A stretch of DNA of 64,000 nt from contig JBKAGE010000036.1 in assembly GCA_046290225.1 (NCBI GenBank), positions 32,001-96,000 on the forward strand, read 5' to 3'. Shown piece by piece: positions 53,750-64,000 of this stretch (the stretch's first letter is position 1; each line of letters begins with the position of its first letter). This DNA is from Bradymonadia bacterium (GTDB lineage Bacteria; Myxococcota_A; Bradymonadia; UBA7976; UBA1532). The translations under genes were made by a program, and so were the position numbers. The notes under the pieces were generated by a model. The model was not told the DNA's origin. It did not search any database and was given only the letters and a program-made list of their open reading frames with translations.

Positions 53750-55615
53750 TCAGGGCGCACTCCCCTCCCCCGGATCCACATCAAACGACTTCACCGGCCC
53801 ATCAACAGCGGGCTTCTTCTCTTCGTTCGCGGGTGCTTCAGGTGCAGGTGCGTCTGTCGGTGCAGTGGGCGCAGCCACCGCGGGCATCTCCACCTTGGGG
53901 TGGGCGTAGCGCCAGGCCGTGTACGCCGCCAGCATCGCGTCGGCGAGCGTGTTGCCCATCAGCTTCTGCCCCTTACGGGTCAGGTGGCTGAGATCTGCCA
54001 CAGCGAGGCGGGGCTTCATCTTGTACCAGCGACCGATGCTGTTCTCGCCGCCCATGGCGTGGCGGCCATCCCAGAAGGCACAGCCAAGCTCCGTGGCCAC
54101 CCCGCGCTGCAGGGTGATCATGCGATCGAGGTTGGCCTTCGACACGATGCGGCCGCGCTTGTGCTCCCCCTTGTCGAAGGGCGAGATGATGAGGCACGAG
54201 GCCTTGGGCGCGCCCGCCCGCAATCGGCCGAGGATCTTGCGCAGGTTCTGGGTGTAGGCCCCTCCGTCCTTCTGGCGCAGCGCCGGGTAAGAGAGCGCGT
54301 TGCCGCCCATTTGGTACACGATGAGGTGGGGGCTGCGGTGCTTGATCTGCGTCGCGAGGTGTTTCTCTGGCTGGCGCAGCAATGAAGCCTGGCTTGCTCC
54401 GGCAACGCCGAAGTTCTCCCAGGTCACCCCAGGGCCCTCGGTCTCGAGGGCCACGCCGTACACAGTGGTCTTGCCATTGCCCGGCGCGGTCACCGTCACC
54501 GAGGTCGAGCCCTCAGGCACCACGATACGCTTGAATCGATCAGCCGTGCGGCCACCGCCGGTGCGGGTGGCGAAGCCCGCGGCCCCCTTGGGCTTCACCT
54601 TGAGGGTGCCGCCACCAGGGCGGCTCTGGAAGTAGACGTCAAAGACGTGCAGAGGCTGCCGGGCGCCGTCGACCTTGCGGCCCGTGAGCACGCTCTTGGC
54701 GGCCCCAGCAGAGGTAGAGACAGTGCCTGCGAGGCCGTAGCGGCCCTTGTTGGCGCCGCCCTGGGTGATGTTCGCCGTATCCCACTCCCCAGTGGCCTTG
54801 CGCACGATGCCCGGGCGCATTTGCCAGCGCGGATCGACCTGTACCGACAGGAAGCCTGGGCCACCGTCACCGAACTTCTCCTGAAGACGATCACGCACCG
54901 CGCCGGGGATGCCGTCGGCGGCGATGATGGAGTCACCCCAGTGGAACGCCCGGGCGATGTGGCCCTTGGCCCCCTGCTCTGCCTGAGCCAGGGCGGTGAA
55001 CCACGCGTCGAGGGCCCCAGCGGGGATCTCGAGGGGCGTGGGCACTGCGGGCTTGCGCACTGGGAGCGTGATCTTTGGGGGCGGGGGACGCTGGGCGACG
55101 GGCTTCGCCCCAGCGTCGGCGCCCTCGGTGGGGTTCTCCTGAGCGGCCATGCCACCATCGGCGGCAGCAGGCGTCGGGGGTACTGGGATCTCCACGGGGA
55201 TCTCCACAGGCACCTCGACGGCGGTCTCACCACCTGCAGGCTCCTCGGTGGGATTGTCCGCCACCGTGAGGCGGCCGGGCTCGCTCTCCACCACACTCTT
55301 GCTCTGATCGAACATGCCCACCAGGGGCAGAGGCTCATCTGGAGTCCAAGGGCGCAGATCGATGGTGGCGAGCAGAGAAGGCTTCACAGGCTCGGGCTCG
55401 TCAGGGGGCGTCTCGCCCTTCGCTTCGGCCTGCTCCACGGCCTTGGTCCATACCTTCTTGGCAGCATCGGTCTGCTCCGCTGCTGCAGTTTTGGCCTCGG
55501 CGTTGATCGCCTCCCAGTCCACCAGATAGCTGGTGGCACTCAGGGCCGCGAAGGTGGCCAGGAAGGCCCCCAACCGATTGAGCTCTCTGTGATGGATGTG
55601 CTGTGTATCGGGCAT
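53750..55615 (-). CDS. Membrane-anchored SGNH/GDSL protein (PatB/AlgJ-like O-acetyltransferase)
   Basis: N-terminal TM helix, Pro-rich linker, then HWGDS, NFGVAG, GGN and DLSH; it starts 12 nt after the MBOAT stop. Confidence 0.85.
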   Translation of the reverse strand: MPDTQHIHHRELNRLGAFLATFAALSATSYLVDWEAINAEAKTAAAEQTDAAKKVWTKAVEQAEAKGETPPDEPEPVKPSLLATIDLRPWTPDEPLPLVGMFDQSKSVVESEPGRLTVADNPTEEPAGGETAVEVPVEIPVEIPVPPTPAAADGGMAAQENPTEGADAGAKPVAQRPPPPKITLPVRKPAVPTPLEIPAGALDAWFTALAQAEQGAKGHIARAFHWGDSIIAADGIPGAVRDRLQEKFGDGGPGFLSVQVDPRWQMRPGIVRKATGEWDTANITQGGANKGRYGLAGTVSTSAGAAKSVLTGRKVDGARQPLHVFDVYFQSRPGGGTLKVKPKGAAGFATRTGGGRTADRFKRIVVPEGSTSVTVTAPGNGKTTVYGVALETEGPGVTWENFGVAGASQASLLRQPEKHLATQIKHRSPHLIVYQMGGNALSYPALRQKDGGAYTQNLRKILGRLRAGAPKASCLIISPFDKGEHKRGRIVSKANLDRMITLQRGVATELGCAFWDGRHAMGGENSIGRWYKMKPRLAVADLSHLTRKGQKLMGNTLADAMLAAYTAWRYAHPKVEMPAVAAPTAPTDAPAPEAPANEEKKPAVDGPVKSFDVDPGEGSAP

Positions 55616-55626
55616 GATCGAATGTC

Positions 55627-57147
55627 TCAGAACTTGTAGTAGACGAAGCCGAGGTGCTCGCCGGTGCTCATCATCAGGCAAGCGGCCCCCACCAACACCG
55701 AGGCGATGGCCCAACCCACGGGCCCCAGGCCTTTGATTTTGGAGCCGAGATCGTCTCGCCAGCTCTCCGGTGAGAAGTGAATGGCATAACCGATGAAGAG
55801 CACTGCAAATGCCGTGGGCGAGAATCGAGGCATCAACCACTCGATGTCGCCGAGGCCCACGAACATCTCCCATGAGGTGGTCAGGTCTCGAGCCCGGAAC
55901 AAGATACGGGCCACCACCACGAAGTGGAAGGTGAGCATGAACCGCCAGATGAGGCCCCAGAGGTGAGGCGCAGGTGCGTCAGGCTTGCGACCAGTCCGCT
56001 TGCGATTCCAGCGACATACGCACTGAGCGATGCCGTGCAGAGTGCCATAGACGACGAAGTTCCAGCTCGCCCCGTGCCAGATGCCGATGATCAGCATGGT
56101 GGCCATGAGGTTCCGATAAATCTTCCACTGCCCCCCCTTCACCCAGCCGCCGCCGAGGGGGAAGTAGATGTAGTCACGGACCCAGTTGCTCAGGGTGATG
56201 TGCCAGCGGCGCCAGAAGGCAGCTACGCTGAGGGCCTTGTACGGGCGGCGGAAGTTCTCCGGCAGATCGATGCCGAAGAGTCGGGCCGAGCCGATGGCGA
56301 TGTCGGTGTAGGCCGAGAAGTCGTAGTAAATCTGGAGTGTGTAGGCGTACAGGGCCACCCACACCTCGAGGCCGGTGTAGCCAGAGGGATCCTCGAAGAC
56401 CGGATCGGCGATGGCCCTGCGGATCGCATCGGCGATGACCACCTTCTTGAACAGGCCCAGCATGATGCGCCAGAGGCCTGCGGCGACGTCGTCTTTGCGC
56501 AGCCAGCCCAGGTTTCGCAGCTGAGGCATCAGCTCGTGGCGTCGAACGATGGGGCCCGCCACCAACTGAGGGAAGAAGGCCAGGAAGGTGCCGAAGCGCA
56601 GCAGGTTCGCTTCGACGATGGGCTTGCCGTGCTCGTCGAGGGGCTTCTCGTCACGGGCGGCGCGCTGCACGTCGATGACGTAGGCCAGGGCCTGGAAGGT
56701 GAAGAACGAGATGCCCACGGGCAGCTGCACATCGAGTCGGGGCAAGGCGAATGTCTGGGTGGTGCCATCCACCAGACCGGCGATGTTCGCAGCCACCCAG
56801 GCCAGGGAGTGCTCGCCCTTGATGGCGCCCACCACCCAGTCGATGTTATCGGCGATCCAGGACCAGTACTTACAGGCCAGCAGGGGCAGCAGCAGCGCGA
56901 TGAGCAGGCCCGCTCGGGCCAGTGGATGTGACGACGGGCCACCAGCCTGTCTCCCCAGGTAGACGCCTCCGAACCACGCGAGGCCCACGACGCCGAGGAG
57001 AATCGGAAGGTAGAACACGTTCCACGATGCGTAGAACAACACCGAAGACGCCGCGAGGATCCCCAGCCGCCAGGATCTCGGGCTCAGCCAGTACAGATAG
57101 ACGGTGAGCGGCAGAAATATGATGTAGTCGAGGGTATGAAACAGCAC
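55627..57147 (-). CDS. MBOAT family O-acyltransferase (AlgI/PatA-like)
   Basis: LPVGISFFTFQALAY, FFPQLVAGPI, QIYYDFSAYTDIAIG, FWRRWHITLS and GIWHGA. Confidence 0.95.
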   Translation of the reverse strand: MLFHTLDYIIFLPLTVYLYWLSPRSWRLGILAASSVLFYASWNVFYLPILLGVVGLAWFGGVYLGRQAGGPSSHPLARAGLLIALLLPLLACKYWSWIADNIDWVVGAIKGEHSLAWVAANIAGLVDGTTQTFALPRLDVQLPVGISFFTFQALAYVIDVQRAARDEKPLDEHGKPIVEANLLRFGTFLAFFPQLVAGPIVRRHELMPQLRNLGWLRKDDVAAGLWRIMLGLFKKVVIADAIRRAIADPVFEDPSGYTGLEVWVALYAYTLQIYYDFSAYTDIAIGSARLFGIDLPENFRRPYKALSVAAFWRRWHITLSNWVRDYIYFPLGGGWVKGGQWKIYRNLMATMLIIGIWHGASWNFVVYGTLHGIAQCVCRWNRKRTGRKPDAPAPHLWGLIWRFMLTFHFVVVARILFRARDLTTSWEMFVGLGDIEWLMPRFSPTAFAVLFIGYAIHFSPESWRDDLGSKIKGLGPVGWAIASVLVGAACLMMSTGEHLGFVYYKF

Positions 57148-57161
57148 AGCGAGACCAGACC

Positions 57162-58166
57162 GTGAAACCGAGAAGGCAGAGCGTCCACCACGGGTCGAAC
57201 AAGGGGCGCAGGCTAGACAACTCTTCCCATGGGGGAAAGATCTTCCCTGTCGATGCCCTCTGCGCCGCGCTGCTCATGGCGCTTTTCGGTGTGTCTGTGA
57301 TGACGGGTTGTGATGACACGTCGACGCCCGCGAACGGCAATGACGCAGAAACTTCGGATGCTTCTGCACACCTGGATGCGGGCGCAACCGCAGATGCCCT
57401 GCCACCAGACCTGGCCTTCGATGCCGTGGCAGCACCGCCCATGGCTGATGGCGGAGATCTCCCGGACAGCACGTCGATCGACGAGGGCACCTCGGATGCA
57501 GCCCCTGTAGACAGCGCTCTTCCCTCCGAGCTCGACGCTCTTGTTCTCGACGAGGGCCTCGATGTCGATGTGCTCGACATGACCCCTGCCGACGAAGGCC
57601 TGCCAGATGCTGGCGCCCTCGACGCCGAACTCGTCGACGAAGGGCCCCCCATCGAGCTCGCGTGTGCTGATGGCGAAGACAACGACGATGACGGCGTCGC
57701 TGACTGCGCCGACATCGACTGCCGGTTCAACGCCTTCTGCTTCGACGCTCGGGAAACCTGCGACAACGCCGTGGACGACAATGCCGACGGATGGGTGGAC
57801 TGCGACGACGTCACATGCCACGACACGCCGCAGTGCCCCGCCCCCAACGTCGAGCCTTTCACCACTGCGGAGATTCAGGCGCTCTTCGACGAGGCCTGCG
57901 CCCCCTGCCACTTCACCGAGCCGCCCTCTGCCCAACTGGGCTTCGCCGACTTCGCCGAGCAGACTGTGGGCGTGCCGTCGAGCCAGACGCCGCTGTTGCG
58001 CATCAAGGCCGGTGATCGCAGCGGGAGCTATCTCTTCGACAAGATCAGATACAGCCACCTCGACGCCCTCGGGGGTGGAGGCGAGGGCATGCCCCCCTTT
58101 GATCGCTTCAACGCAGAGCAGGTCGAGCGTATCGGTCGCTGGATCGACGCCCTGGGCACGGACTGA
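57162..58166 (+). CDS. Acidic Cys-repeat lipoprotein with C-terminal c-type cytochrome domain
   Basis: Lipobox MTGC; CADGEDNDDDGVADCAD repeats; CAPCH heme motif and distal 'GMPP'. The start is uncertain. Confidence 0.7.
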   Translation: MKPRRQSVHHGSNKGRRLDNSSHGGKIFPVDALCAALLMALFGVSVMTGCDDTSTPANGNDAETSDASAHLDAGATADALPPDLAFDAVAAPPMADGGDLPDSTSIDEGTSDAAPVDSALPSELDALVLDEGLDVDVLDMTPADEGLPDAGALDAELVDEGPPIELACADGEDNDDDGVADCADIDCRFNAFCFDARETCDNAVDDNADGWVDCDDVTCHDTPQCPAPNVEPFTTAEIQALFDEACAPCHFTEPPSAQLGFADFAEQTVGVPSSQTPLLRIKAGDRSGSYLFDKIRYSHLDALGGGGEGMPPFDRFNAEQVERIGRWIDALGTD

Positions 58167-58169
58167 GGC

Positions 58170-59195
58170 TCAGCCGCGGGGGCCAGTGAGGGCTTCGAGA
58201 TCGAGATCGGGCAGCGGCTCGTGATGGGGCTCGATGTCGGGGATCTCCTCGTCGGGGGCCGGCGCTGTGGGAGCGCCAGGGCGGAAGTCTCCGTAGAACC
58301 CCACGTCGAGGCCGTAGAACTGGCGCAGGATGTCCGGAGCGTCGAGGCCTCGGCGCAGCGCGTGACAGATGGCGCCGTACTGGCTCATGGCCCCACGATT
58401 CGTGCCCCGAGCGGGGGCCATGGGCGTGCCTTCGACCTCGTCCCCCTGCTTCCCCCCATTGTCGGTCACCAGGATCTCCGTCCAGTAGCGGCCCTTGAAC
58501 TTCAAGCGACGGCCCCTCTTCTTGGAGGCGTAGTAGGCCTTGCGCATCTCGGGCCAGGAGTCGTAGTCGAAGCCGCTGTCCTCCGGCGGCTGGGGGGTGC
58601 AGTCCGTGTTCCGCTTTCGGGTACCCGAGACATAGTTGGCGTCGAGCACTGCACCGCCCCGCACCATGACCACCCCTTCGGTGTCGGCGACGGCTTGCAC
58701 GCTCGTGGGTCGTTTGGCGGGCTTCCAGCACTGAAAGTGTGGGCCGATCTTCACGGCCCCCTTTCTCGCAGCGCCCTTCCGCCGAGCTTTGCGCTTGAGA
58801 TGCGCCAGCAGATAGGTGCGGGCGGCGACGGCCTGAGCCCTCAACGCCGCCGGCGCGCGGTGGGCGCCGCCGAGCTCGCACTCCACCACCCCAGGCAGAT
58901 ACTCGTCCTCCACCGACATCACGCCCTTGGCGGTCTGAATGCACCCTGGCAGGGCGTAGGCGTTCTCCGCGGGGCCTCGTTTCCAGCGGGCCTCGCAGGC
59001 CGCCACGTCGGGGTCGTCGCTTCGAGGCACCACAGTGAGATCGGGCTCGGGCAGCGGCCCGGGTCGAGTGAGCCGCAACTCTGGCCCGGCGCCGCTGCGG
59101 TGGGGGGTGCCACTGCATCCCATGGCCACGATGACAGCGACGATGCAGAGATGCACTGGACGCCAGCAGGCGTTCCAGTGACCATGGCCCCCCAT
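58170..59195 (-). CDS. SpoIID/LytB domain lipoprotein (putative lytic transglycosylase)
   Basis: EYLPGVVECE, ALRAQAVAARTY, FQ, GAMSQYGA and ILRQFY. Confidence 0.85.
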   Translation of the reverse strand: MGGHGHWNACWRPVHLCIVAVIVAMGCSGTPHRSGAGPELRLTRPGPLPEPDLTVVPRSDDPDVAACEARWKRGPAENAYALPGCIQTAKGVMSVEDEYLPGVVECELGGAHRAPAALRAQAVAARTYLLAHLKRKARRKGAARKGAVKIGPHFQCWKPAKRPTSVQAVADTEGVVMVRGGAVLDANYVSGTRKRNTDCTPQPPEDSGFDYDSWPEMRKAYYASKKRGRRLKFKGRYWTEILVTDNGGKQGDEVEGTPMAPARGTNRGAMSQYGAICHALRRGLDAPDILRQFYGLDVGFYGDFRPGAPTAPAPDEEIPDIEPHHEPLPDLDLEALTGPRG

Positions 59196-59208
59196 TGCTC
59201 TCCGCTTC

Positions 59209-59931
59209 ATGCTCTGCGAGGACGCACTCATGCTCCGATCCCTCGGCGCCTGCGCGATGGCGCTGCTCGGTCTGCTGGCCACCCCTGTCACCGCGACGGG
59301 GGCGCCGAAGACGTACCAGATACAACCAGGGCAGAGTCGCGTCGACATTCAGGTATTCAAGGATGGCGTCGCAGATGGCTTCGCCCACAACCACGTCATC
59401 CGCGGCACCGACGTCACCGGCACCGTGACGTACGATCCCGACGACGTGGCTCAGTGCAGCTTCGACGCCACCCTGAAGACCACCACCCTGAAGGCGGATC
59501 TGGCCTCGGCCCGAAAGCGATACAAGCTCGAAGGCACCCTCGACAAAGACGATCGCGAAGAGGTCGAGGAGAACATGAAAGCTGAAGATCAGCTGCACGT
59601 GAGCAAGTACCCCACGGTGCGCATGAAGTCGGTGAAGGTGTCCAAGGCCGGTGAGCGCTACCTGATCATCGCGGACACCACCCTCAAAGGTGAGACGCGG
59701 CGCACGGTGCTCCGTGGTCAGGTCTCCGTCAACGGTGACACCCTCACGGGCACGGGCAAGATGAAGGTCAAGCAGTCCGCCTTCGGCATGGAGCCCTACA
59801 GCGCCTTCCTCGGCGCCGTGGAAAACAAAGACGAGCTGATCATTCACGTACGTTTTGTGGCTGAGGCCCTCCAGGCGGCCCCTGAGGCGCCTTCCACTCA
59901 AGCCACCCCCTCTCCGGAGCCCCAGCCATGA
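59209..59931 (+). CDS. YceI family lipid/polyisoprenoid-binding protein
   Basis: Signal peptide; AHNH, L..SKYPT, TLKGETR and SAFGM.P. Confidence 0.8.
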   Translation: MLCEDALMLRSLGACAMALLGLLATPVTATGAPKTYQIQPGQSRVDIQVFKDGVADGFAHNHVIRGTDVTGTVTYDPDDVAQCSFDATLKTTTLKADLASARKRYKLEGTLDKDDREEVEENMKAEDQLHVSKYPTVRMKSVKVSKAGERYLIIADTTLKGETRRTVLRGQVSVNGDTLTGTGKMKVKQSAFGMEPYSAFLGAVENKDELIIHVRFVAEALQAAPEAPSTQATPSPEPQP

Positions 59932-60764
59932 CCTCATTGCCTCGCCTGCGCAGCCGACGCGCCCCCCTGCCCGACCGACCCCGCGTGGTCATCACCGGCG
60001 CCGGGAGCGGCCTGGGCCGTGCCCTCGCAGAAGCCTTCGCCACCCGCGGAGCCTGGATCGGCCTCACCGACATCAAGAACGACGGCCTCATGGAGGTGGC
60101 GGCCCTGGTGAAGCGCAAAGGCGGGCTGCCCTGGACCCGCATCTGCGATGTCGCTGACGCTGATCAGATGCTCGCCCTCGCCGATGACGCCTTCGAACGC
60201 ATGTCCGGCGTGGACGTGCTCATCAACAACGCCGGCGTCGCCGTGGGCGGGCCCATTGGTCAGGCCACCCTGCAAGACTGGCGCTGGGTCATGGACATCA
60301 ACCTCTGGGGGGTGATCCACGGCTGCCACGCCTTCGTGCCCCGCATGCTCGAGCAGCCCCACAGCTGGGTGCTCAACGTGTCTTCGGCGGCGGGCCTGCT
60401 GGCCCCTGCGAAGATGGCGCCCTACAACGTCACCAAAGCGGGCGTGGTCTCTCTCACGGAAACCCTCGCCGCGGAGGCCTGGCGAGATGGCCTCACCGCC
60501 ACGGTGCTGTGTCCCACCTTCTTCGAGACCAACCTGCTCGACAGCGCCCGGGGCAACACCGAGAAGACCCGGAACACCATCGCCCGCATGATGAAGCACG
60601 CCAAGGTGCAGGCCCCCGACGTGGCCGAGGCGGCCATCGAGGCCATGTCTCGCGGACAGCTCTATGCCCTGCCCATGCAGGACGGCCGCCGGGCGTGGCG
60701 CCTCAAGCGCATGATCCCCGAGCGCTACCAGGAGGTGCTCGATCAGCTGATGGGGCGCCGCTGA
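59928..60764 (+). CDS. SDR family oxidoreductase
   Basis: TGAGSGLG, NNAG, NVSS and YNVTK. Confidence 0.93.
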   Translation: MTSLPRLRSRRAPLPDRPRVVITGAGSGLGRALAEAFATRGAWIGLTDIKNDGLMEVAALVKRKGGLPWTRICDVADADQMLALADDAFERMSGVDVLINNAGVAVGGPIGQATLQDWRWVMDINLWGVIHGCHAFVPRMLEQPHSWVLNVSSAAGLLAPAKMAPYNVTKAGVVSLTETLAAEAWRDGLTATVLCPTFFETNLLDSARGNTEKTRNTIARMMKHAKVQAPDVAEAAIEAMSRGQLYALPMQDGRRAWRLKRMIPERYQEVLDQLMGRR

Positions 60765-60859
60765 AACCGGCACGGGTCGACGCGGGTTGAGCTTGCGCCA
60801 CCTGGACACCCTCAGTACAACAGCCGCTCACTTCGACACACCACGAGAGGAGTTGCCCC

Positions 60860-61937
<1,078 letters not shown>

Positions 61938-61954
<17 letters not shown>

Positions 61955-63071
61955 CGCGCTCCGGATCGGTGAGGGGGGTGACCTCCAGCTCGATCTCCTC
62001 ACCTGCCCGAAGCAGCCTGATCGATACAGGCTCTCCTGTCACCGACAAGGCCACAGCAGTGGCCAGTTGATCCGCACTGGTGGCAGGCACACCTCCAAAT
62101 GATCTCACGACGTCGCCGGGCAACACACCTGCCCTGGCCCCAGGGCTTCCAGGGATGACTGCCTCTACACCCACCCCCCTGAGGGGCGGGGGTGGGGCAT
62201 CCATGGAGAGGCCCACCCAGCCACGGCTGAAACGGCTGTGACGAAAGAGCACGGGCACCAGTGACTTCACCGCCTCTACCGGCACTGCGTAGGCGATGCC
62301 CGGGCCCCGGCCATCGATGGCCGTGATCACCCCTACGACCTCGCCCCTGACGTTGAGCAAGGGTCCACCGGAGTTGCCTGGCTGAATCGCGGCGTCGGTC
62401 TGCAGGTATTGGAACAGCTCGTTGGGGCTGCCGGTCCGCATGACGTTGGCCGCGCTCATGCCATCTGGCGCCCGGCCCTTGCCCGACAAGATGCCCATGG
62501 AGGCGCTGTACTCCAGGCCATGCGGGTGGCCGATGGCCAGCACATAGTCTCCCACCCTGAGGGTGCTTGCCTGACCCAGGGGCAACACCGGCCAGGGCCC
62601 CTGCCCACCAAACACCCTGATGAGCGCCAGATCGGCAAGCGAGTCACGGCCGATGACCTCTGCAGTGAAGGTGTCACTGGACCACGCGGTGCGCACAGTC
62701 AGGTGCTCTGCCTCGCCGATGACGTGCTGATTGGTCACCGCGAGCCCCGAGGGGTGGATCATGAAGGCGGTGCCCTTGCCGCTCACCTCTCGCTCCTGCC
62801 CTTCGAGGGGCGGGTGCCCTGGGGGCAACATCTCGAGCACCCTGGCAGGGGGTAGCTCCAACACGAGCACCGCCTCGCTGGCCTCGGCGATGATCGGGGC
62901 CATGGAGGGTCTGAGAGGCGCCTCAGCCTGTGGAGGCTCGGTCCACAACTCACCCGTCTGCCCTCGAGCCTTCGAGCCGTGACAGATGAGCGTGAGTCCC
63001 AGAATCGTGCTCCCGAGGAGCGCATGTGTTCGATGCATGAAAAGAAGATGAGCCGTGATCTGTAAGGACAC
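61938..63071 (-). CDS. HtrA/DegQ-like S1C serine protease with one PDZ domain
   Basis: TNQHV, DLALI, QTDAAIQPGNSGGPL and PDZ GSPGARAG..GD. Confidence 0.9.
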
Positions 63072-63103
63072 ATTGAACAGTCTGACAGAACAGGAGACAA
63101 ATC

Positions 63104-63526
63104 ATGCACGCCCATCACGAGAGAGGCCACCTGATGCGCACTGATCCCGAAGCCGAGCAGCTGGCCCGTGAGCGCCGCGCCCACCAACTCCGGGAGACCG
63201 CACCGTACCTCGTCGCCGGGTGTGCGCTGCTCCTGAGCATCGTCAACGCTCTGCTCTACGACGTGCTGGTGATCGTGTTCTTCGGGGTACTGCCGCTCTT
63301 CGCAGCGTGGGTCATGAAGCACGCCACGGAGTTCGGGGCACGCTTCAACATACTCGACCGTATGGGCCACAGCGCGCTCCGTCGGCGCATTCAGCTGATC
63401 TGCCTCTGGGGCTTCATCATCCTGGCCGTCGTGGGGCATCTGGCGGGACTCGTGTGCTGGATGCTCGGCATCGACTTCGGGGCTGTGCTGACCTCCATCA
63501 TCGACTTCATTCTGCCGTCGTCGTGA
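63104..63526 (+). CDS. Small integral membrane protein
   Basis: AGGAG RBS; 3-4 hydrophobic segments. Confidence 0.65.
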   Translation: MHAHHERGHLMRTDPEAEQLARERRAHQLRETAPYLVAGCALLLSIVNALLYDVLVIVFFGVLPLFAAWVMKHATEFGARFNILDRMGHSALRRRIQLICLWGFIILAVVGHLAGLVCWMLGIDFGAVLTSIIDFILPSS

Positions 63527-63592
63527 CCTGCCCGTAGCCCACACATCGACGAGGGTTTGCCACAGCCCATTTCGGGCCTTACTCTGCCCTGC

Positions 63593-64000
63593 ATGTATCG
63601 ATGCCTGCTGGCCTTCGCCCTCGTGGCAGGGGCCCTCCCCCTCACCCGCGTAGCCATCGCCGCCCCCACCCTGGAGGTCAAGGCCCGGCCCTGGATCGAC
63701 ACCCTCGAGACTGAGGCCATCGGCGGTCGAGTACAGGTCACCGGGACCTTGAGGGACAACCTCAACCAGAGCGTACCCGGCGCAGAGGTGGAGATTTCGG
63801 TCGCCAACCACCCCGAAGTGCGGCCTCTCACCCTCAAGACCAACGCAGACGGAGTATTCAGCGGCACGGTGCGCGTGAAGGGTGAAGGTCGCTACACCAT
63901 GCTGGCGCGGTTCTCCGGCAGCAGCCTGCTGGGGCCTGCGGAGCAGCAGGAGCGGGTCTATGTCGGCCGCATCACCGTGCAATTGCAGGTGGATCTACCC
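63593..64000 (+). CDS. Partial (3' truncated) secreted protein with Ig-like domain
   Basis: MYRCLLAFALVAG signal, then 'VTGTLRD...PGAEV...TNADGVF...ARFSGS'; the frame is open to the window end. Confidence 0.7.
   Translation, partial: MYRCLLAFALVAGALPLTRVAIAAPTLEVKARPWIDTLETEAIGGRVQVTGTLRDNLNQSVPGAEVEISVANHPEVRPLTLKTNADGVFSGTVRVKGEGRYTMLARFSGSSLLGPAEQQERVYVGRITVQLQVDLP

Noticed and set aside
53375..54385. Small ORFs with PVPVPV, CPCPCP or RARARA runs
   Set aside because: These are translations of the (CGGGCA)n arms and partly overlap a real gene antisense.

Overview
High-GC bacterial chromosomal window, probably Myxococcota/Bradymonadia-like (inferred from MYXO-CTERM-type sorting tails, Cys-rich secreted proteins and giant surface proteins). 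It holds about 50 densely packed CDSs: housekeeping genes (nadC, plsY, mdh, hrpB, pepP, htrA-like, FKBP), an Rrf2-JAB-larE sulfur operon, a diguanylate cyclase plus a cheA-cheW-cheB-cheX-cheY cluster with candidate sigma-28 promoters, and an MBOAT/SGNH O-acetylation locus with a structured inverted-repeat element between its convergent genes. The most striking feature is an 11.9-kb gene (37470-49334) for a ~3950-aa secreted protein with 56 RCC1-type blades by my manual count (8x7). Variant linkers recur every 3 blades in the N-terminal half and every 4 blades in the C-terminal half. This fits eight 7-bladed propellers nested inside one another, with the chain running out to a tip propeller and back, followed by TSP3 repeats and a hexapeptide beta-helix. 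I saw no rRNA, tRNA, CRISPR array, transposase or phage genes. All calls come from motif recognition by eye; no searches were run.
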